Below, piece after piece: positions 1 to 8,832 of a DNA stretch of 54,550 bases. Under the pieces are notes generated by a model, which searched no databases, was not told where the DNA came from, and saw only the letters and a program-made list of their open reading frames with translations. Positions within the stretch are counted from its first letter, which is position 1. Each line of letters opens with the position of its first letter. Source of the DNA: Verrucomicrobiota bacterium (GTDB lineage Bacteria; Verrucomicrobiota; Verrucomicrobiia; Chthoniobacterales; UBA10450); contig QHRA01000184.1 of NCBI GenBank assembly GCA_003221295.1, positions 1 to 54,550 of the forward strand, in the 5' to 3' direction. The position numbers were made by a program, and so were the translations under genes.

Positions 1-558
1 GACGATTCTTGTCGGATTATGGAATTTATGGTTAATGCTATGGAGTTAAGCACGGACCGTGCCTGGACCGAGGTCGAAATTAAAACCTTCGATTTCGAAT
101 TGCCGTTGACCGGCAAACTTGGCGTGGAATGCCGCTCCGGGGGAACCCAGGGCAATTACACTCTGGTCTTGAGGTTCACAAACCAACTTAACACTTCCGG
201 CAACGTTAGCGTGACCAGCGGGCTTGGGTCGGTCTCCGGCACTCCAATCATAAAAAACAACACGATGACGGTGAACCTAACCGGCGTCGCGAACGGTCAG
301 AAGATTGTCGTTACACTGGCTAATGTGACTGACAAATACGGCCGAACACGGGCCAGCGCCAAGGTTCCTGTAGGGATACTTCTGGGCGATGTCGATGGCA
401 ATAAGACCGTGGACAATAAGGATGTTAATCTGGTAACCGCCAAGGTTGGTGCGACCGCCGGCGCAACCAACTTCCGGAATGACGTGAATGTTGACGGAAG
501 TATCACTCAGGACGACGTCACTGTTACTCAAGCCCAGGTGGGCACATCTATTCCGTAG
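1..558 (+). CDS. C-terminal part of a secreted protein ending in a dockerin-type double repeat; the 5' end lies off the window
   Basis: Frame 1 is open from nt 1, with no stop before the listed ATG at 19. The tail has two Asp/Asn-rich calcium-loop-like segments, GDVDGNKTVDNKDVNLV and NDVNVDGSITQDDVTV, typical of dockerin repeats. Confidence 0.6.
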   Translation, partial: DDSCRIMEFMVNAMELSTDRAWTEVEIKTFDFELPLTGKLGVECRSGGTQGNYTLVLRFTNQLNTSGNVSVTSGLGSVSGTPIIKNNTMTVNLTGVANGQKIVVTLANVTDKYGRTRASAKVPVGILLGDVDGNKTVDNKDVNLVTAKVGATAGATNFRNDVNVDGSITQDDVTVTQAQVGTSIP

Positions 559-1019
559 ATAAAGCTCTTCAATCAACGTTCCGTCACAACTAACGCGCGC
601 GAGGGGGAATTCAGACAATTTCGGACACCAAAACTGCGTAATTCTGCCAAAGGGTCAATTTCAGGCATATGGTACAGTAGTGCGCAGGTTATCGCGTTTT
701 TGCGGCAGAATTGCGCAACGATTGCACCTTTGTCCTCGACACCTGCGGCAAGAGCAAACTATCAAGTTCGCGTAGTCTGGATTCTTCTTGACTGTATCGA
801 GCGAAATTGGAAGCGGAATTACGGGAACGGCAAGCGAGCCTGCCGGATACTCCGGCACCTGACGGAAGCTGTGAAAGCGCGCGCGAAATTCGGCCGCGCT
901 AAGATTCGCGTGCTCAAACAAAACAGCTCGTTAGAGAGTGTCATCGGCATTTAGGTCACCTGTCCGGCAACGCTATAGCTCGTCGGGTCCTCGCGCGCGC
1001 GCGGAAGGGACGGGGAAAG

Positions 1020-1097
1020 CGGCTCGATCCAATGTTCGATCCGCTCCGCAACGATTCGCGCTTCCAAAAACTCACCGCGTCGGCCAACGCGAAATAA
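1020..1097 (+). pseudogene. Orphan 3' fragment of a cyclase/TPR-family gene (last ~25 codons plus stop)
   Basis: Frame 3 reads LDPMFDPLRNDSRFQKLTASANAK-stop. Nt 1020-1081 match the reverse complement of 8861-8922 at 57 of 62 positions by hand alignment. There is no start codon and no upstream homology. Confidence 0.5.
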
Positions 1098-1201
1098 TCG
1101 GGTTTCGTCATTTCCGTCAGCAAGGGTCGCCAACAATCATTAACGCTGAGCGCGTAACGAACCGCCGAACAACGCTAGCGGCATGCAACTCTTTATCCTT
1201 T

Positions 1202-1381
1202 TTAGTGGCTGCCCGTGGTGCCAGTGCTGCCTTTGGTGGATTTGGATTTGCCCTCAAAACCGCCGCCACCTTTGACGTCTTTTACTGGCTTCAGGTCACG
1301 AATTATGGCGTCCTTTATGTCCTTTTTGACTCGGCGCCAAGCGGATCGAACTACATCGATGTTTGGGATTTGTGTCTTCAT
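1202..1381 (-). CDS. Small basic Gly/Ser/Thr/Lys-rich protein (59 aa), function unknown
   Basis: Internal ATG at 1381 is preceded by GGAGAGG about 10 nt upstream. Product: MKTQIPNIDVVRSAWRRVKKDIKDAIIRDLKPVKDVKGGGGFEGKSKSTKGSTGTTGSH. It lies 255 nt downstream of, and co-directional with, the radical SAM gene. Confidence 0.3.
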   Translation of the reverse strand: MKTQIPNIDVVRSAWRRVKKDIKDAIIRDLKPVKDVKGGGGFEGKSKSTKGSTGTTGSH

Positions 1382-1636
1382 GCTCAAACCGCCTCTCCAA
1401 TTATTTCGTCGCAACGTTTTAGCGACGAGTCCCGGCGAGAGCAAGCCGAAAAGCTGTTTGATCGCGTGCGTAAAAGCTGCGCGCATAACCAATCGCCCAT
1501 TGCCATCCGTCCGTTCACACCCGAGCCTAACGGGACGTGGACTCACTGAAGAACATTGTGAGCTGCCCGTCCTTTCCACACGCGCGCGCGAGGCTGCGCA
1601 AACCGTTTCGAACCGCTGTCGGCTGTGCGTTTCCGC

Positions 1637-3181
1637 TCAGCTTGCCGTGCCCATGCGAGTTGCGTTAACGAATTCCTCGGTCCGATGATCAATCTGCCGG
1701 CCGTTGCGTCCTCGATTTTCGTGAATGTAAAGCCTCTTGTGTTGCGCAGTGGCAACCGAAGGCGGCGGCAGACTGATTTCGTATTTTACCCGCCGACGGT
1801 GATCGGCGAGCTGGAGCTCAGGACGATACACGCTGTTGAACTTCCACAGCATCCGGATGAAATTGGTTTGTCCGCAAAGCAATTTCCGGATGACAATTCC
1901 CGCGCACTGGCGCAGCGCCGCCCAGCCCAGATTTTTACGGGCGAGCACGCGCTGGCATTCCACAAGTTCCTTGTAAAATTCCGGTAGCGGCAACTTGGTC
2001 GGCAACACCGCGTGCTGGATGTCGAACAGCCGGTAGTCGCGGGTCGTAAGACGACGCGATTCGGTATGCCAGGTTTCCGTGCCGGGATACGGCGTATTAA
2101 TGCTGATATTAACGACCTCGGGAACTTCCAGGCACCAGTCGCGCACGACCTTGAAGCGTTCGCGGTCCCACGAGGGATCGGCGATGATGTTGACTGCAAC
2201 ATTTACGTCGAGCGAGCGGGCATACTTGAGTGCTTCAAAATTTTTGGAGAGTGTGACGCGCTTTCGGTAACGCTTCAGTCCCTCCTCGTCGATTGCTTCA
2301 AGACCAAGAAAAATGGTATTCAGGCCGAGTCGCTTCCAAAGTTCGAAGACCTTCTTATTGCGCAAGAGCACATCGCCGCGCGTTTCGAGATAGTAACGTT
2401 TCCTGATTCCGCGGCGGGCAATCGCTTCGCCAAGCTGCATACCGTGCTCGGCTTGAATGAAGGCTACGTCGTCCACGATAAAAATTCCCGGCTCGCGCAC
2501 TTGTGCCAGTTCCTCGACCGCGCGCTCCGGTGTCTTCACGCGGTAGTTACGACCATAGAACGTCCACGCGCTGCAAAAGACACAGTCCCATGGACAGCCC
2601 CGGCTGAACTCGATGGAAGCAGCCGGATCGAGCTGGCCTATAAAATATTTCCGGCGATGCCGAACGATATCGCGTGCAGGCAAGAGATCATCCAGCGATT
2701 TCACGAAGGTTGGCGGCGTCCCGCGATGATCGAGTGTTACGCAGCCAGGCACCTCCCTCAGGTTCGCCCGATCTTTGGCGAGAGCATCCAGCAGGCTGGT
2801 GATCGCGGTTTCGCCTTCGCCAATCAGCACGCAATCCACAGCGCCCGCAGTGTGCCGCAAAATCTCCTCCGGAATGAACGAGACGCTGTGCCCTCCGACA
2901 GAGATAAAAGCAGTGGGCAATAAGGCGCGCGTGGCGCGGGCAAGATCAATAATTTCTGGAACATTGGCGAGATAATTGCCGGAGAATGCGATAACGTCCG
3001 GCCGCCAGTGTCGAATCAGCCGGAAAAAATTCCGGTGCGATTCGCATTGCAAATCAATCAAACGGACCGAGTGGCCCGCCTCTCGGGCAGCTGCGGCGAC
3101 AAGCTCAAGACCCAGCGGCTCAAGACGAAGATAAATCTTCGAATACATCAAACAACTCGGGTGAACTGCGAGTAATTTCAT
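1637..3181 (-). CDS. B12-binding domain radical SAM enzyme
   Basis: The N-terminal Rossmann-like segment (LLAVHPS...GLELVAAAAREAGHSVRLIDLQ) is typical of cobalamin-binding radical SAM proteins. The CxxxCxxC cluster motif is SRGCPWDCVFCSAW. Length is 514 aa. Confidence 0.85.
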   Translation of the reverse strand: MKLLAVHPSCLMYSKIYLRLEPLGLELVAAAAREAGHSVRLIDLQCESHRNFFRLIRHWRPDVIAFSGNYLANVPEIIDLARATRALLPTAFISVGGHSVSFIPEEILRHTAGAVDCVLIGEGETAITSLLDALAKDRANLREVPGCVTLDHRGTPPTFVKSLDDLLPARDIVRHRRKYFIGQLDPAASIEFSRGCPWDCVFCSAWTFYGRNYRVKTPERAVEELAQVREPGIFIVDDVAFIQAEHGMQLGEAIARRGIRKRYYLETRGDVLLRNKKVFELWKRLGLNTIFLGLEAIDEEGLKRYRKRVTLSKNFEALKYARSLDVNVAVNIIADPSWDRERFKVVRDWCLEVPEVVNISINTPYPGTETWHTESRRLTTRDYRLFDIQHAVLPTKLPLPEFYKELVECQRVLARKNLGWAALRQCAGIVIRKLLCGQTNFIRMLWKFNSVYRPELQLADHRRRVKYEISLPPPSVATAQHKRLYIHENRGRNGRQIDHRTEEFVNATRMGTAS

Positions 3182-3390
3182 CTGCTTAGCACAGGTGTTG
3201 GTCTATTCGATTTTCCCAAAGACTGAAAGCACGTTGTTCTCTTCGCGCAACAACGGCGTTTGGCGATCAAAGAGCATTCCTCGCGCGCGTGTGCGCGGGG
3301 AAAGAGCGTAATCACGGTCATTCTTCAGCGCGCGGCTGTCCCAAAATTCAAACGTCGAACGTTGCTGCAACGAAAAATCTGAGGATGTCG

Positions 3391-4515
3391 TTATCGCCCA
3401 AGGCGAACATCCATCCAAACAGCCAGCGATAGAACTGCGCCGCGGGTGATAAATTTAAATTCGGGTGAAACTGCCAGCAGTGTCATGCCGTTAAGCAGGG
3501 ACGCCATTATGAGCGCACCGAAAAGAACTCCCAGTACTGTGCCGCGCCCTCCCTTCAAGCTGACTCCGCCAATGACGCACGCGGCGATGGCATCGAGTTC
3601 CATGAGATCGCCCACTGTCGTTGTCGAAGCGCCGGAGTAGGCAGTCTGCATGAAACCAGTGATCGCGACGATGGCTCCCATGATGCTAAACGAGGCGACA
3701 ACCACTTTCTCGACAGGAATACCGGAAATGACCGCAGCTTCCTCGTTGCCGCCAATCGCATAAAGATAACGTCCGAACGGCGTGTGCGTGGTGAGAACAT
3801 AAATGGCGAACGCAATCAGACCGAGTATGACCGCTGATAGTGGGATGCCGTGGAATTTGTTTGTCACTACGACGAAGAGAAAGATGAGTTGTGCGGCAAG
3901 AAACAGTTTGAGGAAGACAAGTTCTCGATCTTCGGCGGCAAATCCGTAATCCCGGCGCGCGTTGCGCGACCGAAGTTTTGCGAAGATCAGCGCAGTGACG
4001 ATCAACGCGGCCAGCACGTAACCGACAATCGGCGGCAAATAAAACGTGGTGAGCACCGAGTAAAGATTGGCTTGCCCGCCTTGCACGATCAGAATCGTGG
4101 AATTGTGAATGACGAGCCAAAACAATCCTTTAAAAATAAGGAGCCCGCCCAAAGTGATGATGAAAGCCGGTATTTTTTGGCGCACGATCAAATTACCCAT
4201 GGAAGACCAAATAAGAACGCCAGCGACCAGAGCTATTCCCATCGCCAGCGGCGCCGGCCATTTGTGCTCGAAGACAAGAACGCTGGCGACACCGCCAAGC
4301 AGACCGACACCGCTTCCGGCCGACAAATCGATATTACCCGGGAGGATGACCAGCAGCATCCCCATGGCGAGCGTAGCGGTGATCGACAGCTCGGTCGTGA
4401 GCAGCGAGAGATTGCGTGCACTTAGAAATTGCGGCGACACGATGGCGAAGAACGCGCAAATCACAACGAGCGCTATCACCAACGAAAAATCGCGAAATGA
4501 TCTTCTTGATTGCAT
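3391..4515 (-). CDS. xylH: Xylose/sugar ABC transporter permease
   Basis: A 374-aa polytopic membrane protein with the usual sugar ABC permease layout, last gene of the xylF-xylG-xylH order. Confidence 0.8.
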   Translation of the reverse strand: MQSRRSFRDFSLVIALVVICAFFAIVSPQFLSARNLSLLTTELSITATLAMGMLLVILPGNIDLSAGSGVGLLGGVASVLVFEHKWPAPLAMGIALVAGVLIWSSMGNLIVRQKIPAFIITLGGLLIFKGLFWLVIHNSTILIVQGGQANLYSVLTTFYLPPIVGYVLAALIVTALIFAKLRSRNARRDYGFAAEDRELVFLKLFLAAQLIFLFVVVTNKFHGIPLSAVILGLIAFAIYVLTTHTPFGRYLYAIGGNEEAAVISGIPVEKVVVASFSIMGAIVAITGFMQTAYSGASTTTVGDLMELDAIAACVIGGVSLKGGRGTVLGVLFGALIMASLLNGMTLLAVSPEFKFITRGAVLSLAVWMDVRLGR

Positions 4516-4520
4516 CAGGA

Positions 4521-4558
4521 GAATGACGAATCACGAATGACGAATGACCAAGGAATGA
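4521..4558. repeat. AATGACGAA-type word repeat, left flank of the four-helix-bundle cassette
   Basis: gaatgacgaatcacgaatgacgaatgaccaaggaatga. The same words occur in inverted orientation at 4976-5039. Confidence 0.85.
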
Positions 4559-4561
4559 GAT

Positions 4562-4989
4562 TCATTCGGCGCTTCGCCAGATTTTCGCGAACACCAGATG
4601 GAGTTCTTTTGCTTCTTGCCAAAGTGGGCGGGCTTCCGACTTCAGTTCTTGGACGGCGCGGACGATCATCCGCAAGAAGTATTTCGTTTCACGCGCTTCC
4701 TTTTTGCACGTTCCGCAACGAAGTCGAAATTCCTTTTTTGACACTGCATCGTCAGCCTCGCAATAATTCGCGCCACGCTGGTCCCACAGCCAACAAGTTG
4801 TTCGATCAAAGGCCGCGTCACTGGCGTCCGCGGAATAATGTTCGCAAAATCGATTATCGCTTCGCCGAAACACGCCGTGCGCTCGTCCAGGTCGTAAGTT
4901 CGTTGCGAAGCTGGCTCAATGGTCTCTCGAACTACATAACTCTCGCGGCCTTCATTCCAAAAGGCGTCTTCTAATTCATCCTTCGTCAT
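4562..4989 (-). pseudogene. Four-helix-bundle protein gene (23S rRNA intervening-sequence protein / Avd-like family), broken by a 1-nt frameshift
   Basis: ORF 4666-4989 supplies YDLDERTACFGEAIIDF...LIEQLVGCGTSV. ORF 4562-4873 continues GANYCEADDAVSKKEFRLRCGTCKKEARETKYFLRMI...EAKELHLVFAKI. Joined, they give the family signature (QL..GTS.GANY.EA...S.K.F...KEA.ET.YWL). The frames meet at minus-strand agcgtggcgcgaat (plus strand about 4771-4776), where one extra G would restore the frame. Confidence 0.75.
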
Positions 4990-5039
4990 TCATCCTTCGT
5001 CATTTATCGTTCGTCATTCGTCATTGGTCATTCGTCATT
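4976..5039. repeat. AATGACGAA-type word repeat, right flank, inverted relative to 4521-4558
   Basis: ttcatccttcgtcattcatccttcgtcatttatcgttcgtcattcgtcattggtcattcgtcatt. It abuts the xylG stop codon at 5040-5042. Confidence 0.85.
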
Positions 5040-6572
5040 TCAGGTGAGTATCACGTGTCTCTGTCCCATGGCCGCGGCGAGCAAATTCTCTTGCGTGGCT
5101 TCGTCGCGATTGAATTCACCGCCGATGCGGCCTTCATGCAGGATCACGATGCGGTCGCTCATCCCAATCAATTCAGGCAGCTCGCTTGATACGAGCAGGA
5201 CAGCTTTGCCGGCATCGGTTAGTCGATTAATGATTTCGTAAATCTCCAGCTTGGCGCCGACATCAATTCCTCGAGTCGGTTCATCGAGGAAAATCACGAG
5301 CGGCTCGGTCATGAGCGCCTTGCCCAGGACAACCTTCTGCTGGGTACCGCCGGAAAGTTTCGCTACCAACGCTTCCAGTGTCGGCGCCTTCACGCGGAGC
5401 GATTGAAAGAAGTGGTTGTTCTTTTGGAACTCGAGCCCTTGATCAATCAGACGTTTCTTCGTCAGCTTCGCCAAAGACGACAGGGAAAGATTGAAGCCGA
5501 TCGTTTTGTCCAAAACCAATCCGTAGCGGCGACGATCTTCGCTCACGAGCACCATCCCCTCACGAATAATTTCTTCCGGCTTCCGCACGCGCAGGTCGCG
5601 GCCGTTGAGGCGGACGGAGCCGCTCAATCGCGTGCCCCATGCGCCAAACAAATGCATCAGCAGCTCGGTGCGACCCGCGCCCATCAAACCGCCGATGCCG
5701 AGGACTTCACCAACGCGTAACGAAAAATTGATATCGGCAAGAAAGCGCTCGCCGGAATGAGGACCGGCGACACTAAGGTTTTCAATTTCGAGGGTTGATG
5801 CGCCCAGCTTTGACCGGCGGCGCGGAAACAAGTCGGTGATTTCGCGCCCGACCATGTGTTTGATGATTTCTGCTTTACTCGTTTGCGTGATATCGAGCGT
5901 GGCGATGGACGCCCCGTCACGCAGTACGGTAATTCGGTCGCAAACCGCGAAGATTTCATCGAGTTTGTGCGAGATGTAGATGCTCGCGATTCCGCGACTG
6001 CGGAGATCGCGCAGAATATCGAGCAGAATGAGGACTTCGTGTTCTGCCAAAGCCGCGGTCGGCTCATCCAAGACCAGGATGTTGGAATTTTTTGAAAGCG
6101 CCTTCACGATTTCCACCAATTGTTTCTGTCCCATTCCGAGCTTCGCGACCGGCTCGCTCGGATCGATATCGACGTTGAATTTTTGCAAGAGCAGCCGCGC
6201 TTCGTGATACACCTTGTGCCAGTCGATCAACCCCCGCGCCGTGCGCGGCTCTGAGCCGAGGAAAATGTTTTCGCCCACTGTCATGTCGTTAACGAGCGCG
6301 AGTTCCTGGTAGATAACCGCAATGCCGGCGTTCTGGGCGTCAGCAAGCGAACGGAACTTTGCAAGCTGCCCGTGAATTAAAAAATTTCCCTCGTATGAAC
6401 CGTACGGGTAAATGCCGGAAAGCAGCTTGATCAACGTTGACTTGCCAGCGCCGTTTTCGCCGCAGAGTCCGTGGATTTCACCTGCGCGCAGATCAAAGCC
6501 GACGTCCTTGAGCGCGATTACGCCGGGAAATTTCTTGGTGATGTTCTCCGCCTGAAGGACGACCGGATTCAT
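5040..6572 (-). CDS. xylG: Xylose import ATP-binding protein (duplicated ABC ATPase)
   Basis: Two ABC cassettes, with Walker A motifs GENGAGKST and GLMGAGRT and signatures LGMGQKQ and LSGGTQQK. I place the start at the internal ATG (MNPVVLQAENITKKF) because GAGGAA lies 6 nt upstream and this removes the overlap with xylF. Confidence 0.85.
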   Translation of the reverse strand: MNPVVLQAENITKKFPGVIALKDVGFDLRAGEIHGLCGENGAGKSTLIKLLSGIYPYGSYEGNFLIHGQLAKFRSLADAQNAGIAVIYQELALVNDMTVGENIFLGSEPRTARGLIDWHKVYHEARLLLQKFNVDIDPSEPVAKLGMGQKQLVEIVKALSKNSNILVLDEPTAALAEHEVLILLDILRDLRSRGIASIYISHKLDEIFAVCDRITVLRDGASIATLDITQTSKAEIIKHMVGREITDLFPRRRSKLGASTLEIENLSVAGPHSGERFLADINFSLRVGEVLGIGGLMGAGRTELLMHLFGAWGTRLSGSVRLNGRDLRVRKPEEIIREGMVLVSEDRRRYGLVLDKTIGFNLSLSSLAKLTKKRLIDQGLEFQKNNHFFQSLRVKAPTLEALVAKLSGGTQQKVVLGKALMTEPLVIFLDEPTRGIDVGAKLEIYEIINRLTDAGKAVLLVSSELPELIGMSDRIVILHEGRIGGEFNRDEATQENLLAAAMGQRHVILT

Positions 6573-6591
6573 GCGCGGTTCCTCAAATGCA

Positions 6592-7662
6592 TCAATGTGA
6601 CTGCTGTGCCTCGGGCGGACTGCGATAGACTTCCGCGGCCTTGTGAAAGCCATCTTTCACGACCGTGTCCATCATGTTTTCGTTTGTGACTACAACCACA
6701 TCGAGCAGAATTGAGGGCACTTCGATTTTCCCGTTATTGATCTTACCTAGAGCGAAAACCGGTTTGCTTCTCGCCATTTTTATTGCCGCCTCCGCGGCCT
6801 GTTTGGCAAGCTGCGAAAGCGGTTTGTAAATCGTCATCGCCTGGGTGCCATTGACGATCCGCTGGCAAGCGCTCAACTCGGCATCCTGACCGGTGACGAG
6901 AACCTTGCCGGCGAGGCCTTCTTCGCTCAGCGCCTGAATTGCGCCGCCGGCCGTGCCATCGTTTGACGCCAGGATTGCATCGAAATTTGCACCGACTTTT
7001 GTAATTGCCGCGCTCGCGATCTTCTTTGCGTTTTCGGGTTTCCAATCCTGTGTCCAGTCTTCATGCACGACTTCGATTTCGCCGTGGTCGATTAGGGGTG
7101 CGAGCACCTTGTCCTGCCCTCGTTTATAGAGCAGCGCATTGTTGTCGGTTTTCGCGCCATAAATGCGCACAATCTTTTTCTTTCGGTCCTTTGGGAGATG
7201 ATCGACAAGAAACTGGGCCTGCAGCTCGCCCACTTTCTCGTTGTCGAAAGTCATATAAAGATCGAGGTCGCAATCGGTGATCAACCGATCATAGGCGAGC
7301 ACAGGAATTCCCGCGTCATGTGCCATGTTGACGGCTTTCGCCATCGCACCGCCGTTATGCGGAACAATCACAAGCACATCGACGCGCCGGCTGATCAATG
7401 CCTGGACGTCGCTGATCTGACGCGTGTCATCGCTGTTCGCCGATTGCACCAGCACGTCCGCGCCAAGCTCTCTCGCGCGGGTCACAAACAGGTCGCGGTC
7501 TCCCTGCCAGCGTTCCTCTTTCAAAGTGTCCATCGAAAGGCCAATGAGAGGTTTGGCGCGCGCCCTGACGCTTTCCGTGGAAGGACCGCTCCGCGAAATA
7601 ACAAAACCTGTGATCAGGCTGACGACGCAGGAAGCGACGACCAGAAATATTCTGAGTTTCAT
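6592..7662 (-). CDS. xylF: D-xylose ABC transporter periplasmic binding protein
   Basis: Signal/anchor peptide, then long collinear similarity to E. coli XylF as I recall it (ERWQ.DRD.F...A..LGA.V.VQSAN...VDVL...AYDR.I...FDNEKVGELQA...ASNDGTAGGAIQAL...GQDA...YKP...KDGFHK). Confidence 0.85.
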   Translation of the reverse strand: MKLRIFLVVASCVVSLITGFVISRSGPSTESVRARAKPLIGLSMDTLKEERWQGDRDLFVTRARELGADVLVQSANSDDTRQISDVQALISRRVDVLVIVPHNGGAMAKAVNMAHDAGIPVLAYDRLITDCDLDLYMTFDNEKVGELQAQFLVDHLPKDRKKKIVRIYGAKTDNNALLYKRGQDKVLAPLIDHGEIEVVHEDWTQDWKPENAKKIASAAITKVGANFDAILASNDGTAGGAIQALSEEGLAGKVLVTGQDAELSACQRIVNGTQAMTIYKPLSQLAKQAAEAAIKMARSKPVFALGKINNGKIEVPSILLDVVVVTNENMMDTVVKDGFHKAAEVYRSPPEAQQSH

Positions 7663-7920
7663 TGCAATTTATGGCGCCTGTGGCTTGGCGCGGCATGCAC
7701 ATCGAACTTTGGAGGAACGTTCTCAGCCGCGACGCTGATTAATGGGACCAGGAGTAGAATAAAAACGCGACACTTCATCCTGCCATCGATTATCGCTGGT
7801 GGGGCGCGACGAAGCGAGCCCGAGCGGAGTGAACTAAGCAATTGAAAAGACGCTCTTGCGCCTCATTATCTCCGAGCATGTAGCAAACTTGTTGTGCCGA
7901 GGGAAAGCTTGGCATGACAG

Positions 7921-8709
7921 ATGCGGAATTTTGCGGTGATGAAATTATCAATCTTGCGCGTTTTCTTTTTGCTGCACGCGTTGTCGGTCTCTGCCTTTGG
8001 ATCGAACAGCGTGGTGAACCTGTCGCACTACGATTTGATGCAGCCAGATTTCGTTGGGATGAAAAGCGAAGGGATCGTTGCCGTAATTCATGAAGCCACC
8101 TATCCACGATTCGAACGCGACGCCAGATATCGCGAACGGCAAGTGACGGCGATGCAAGCCGGCTTGCTCTGGGGCGCGTATCATTTCGGTGACGCGACAA
8201 ATCCGATCCGTCAGGCCGATCATTTTCTAGGCGTAGTGGCAGCATCAGCGCCAGCGCCGCTCGGCCCGGAGAAACGCCGCCCCGGAATGTTGCTCGTGCT
8301 CGATTTCGAAAAGAATGGCCACTATCCGGGCGGCACAATGACAGTCGCTCAAGCAGTCGCTTTCGTGGAACGAATCCGTGAACGCACCGGCAAGTATCCC
8401 GGTTTATATTGCAGCGAATATCGTCTTCGGCAGATGCTTTATGGTCGCAACGTGACGGCGGCACAGCGGCGCGCGCTCACCAACTGCTGGCTCTGGATCG
8501 CGAATTATCATTTCCAGCCGCGCACCACCGCCCCGTGGGATCAATGGCATCTCTGGCAATACTGTGGAGATGGCAAAAGCGATCTTCCGCGCTCTGCTTT
8601 TCCAAAAAGTGTCGCCAATATTCGCAAGGCCGAGCGGAATATTTTTCGCGGTGATAGCGTCGCCTTACAACTCTTCTGGCAGGAACACGCCTGGTTTCCG
8701 ACCGGATAG
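7921..8709 (+). CDS. Secreted glycoside hydrolase family 25 muramidase (lysozyme)
   Basis: Signal peptide (MKLSILRVFFLLHALSVSAFG). GH25-like blocks VNLSHYD...EGIVAVIHEAT, AGLLWGAYHFG and LVLDFE. The alternative start at 7939 is equally plausible. Confidence 0.7.
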   Translation: MRNFAVMKLSILRVFFLLHALSVSAFGSNSVVNLSHYDLMQPDFVGMKSEGIVAVIHEATYPRFERDARYRERQVTAMQAGLLWGAYHFGDATNPIRQADHFLGVVAASAPAPLGPEKRRPGMLLVLDFEKNGHYPGGTMTVAQAVAFVERIRERTGKYPGLYCSEYRLRQMLYGRNVTAAQRRALTNCWLWIANYHFQPRTTAPWDQWHLWQYCGDGKSDLPRSAFPKSVANIRKAERNIFRGDSVALQLFWQEHAWFPTG

Positions 8710-8832
8710 AGTCGAGCAATTCCCACTGGCATACCCGTTGGACAACTCGACGCGCGGCGCGCGCGTCAGAAGCCGTGCCAAACAATTTGCAGCGTGAGCT
8801 CGGCGACGAGATTGCTGGGGCACCACGTCGCG

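Noticed and set aside
938-1549. 203-codon plus-strand ORF, with neighbouring ORFs 661-921 (-), 700-954 (+) and 1215-1688 (+)
   Set aside because: They are Arg/Ser/Ala-rich with no motifs. They overlap the family-tail fragment, the better-supported small minus-strand ORF, and the radical SAM 3' end. Coding status is unsupported.
3203-3418. 71-codon minus-strand ORF between the radical SAM gene and xylH
   Set aside because: It overlaps the xylH 3' end and has no start context or motif. It is probably non-coding spacer.
4516-5039. Insertion sequence or transposon between xylG and xylH
   Set aside because: No transposase or integrase ORF is present and I could identify no target-site duplication. 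I describe it only as a repeat-flanked cassette.
6573-6653. 27-codon N-terminal extension of xylG in the ORF track
   Set aside because: It overlaps the 3' end of xylF. The internal ATG at 6572 has a GAGGAA ribosome-binding site and gives the canonical ABC N-terminus.
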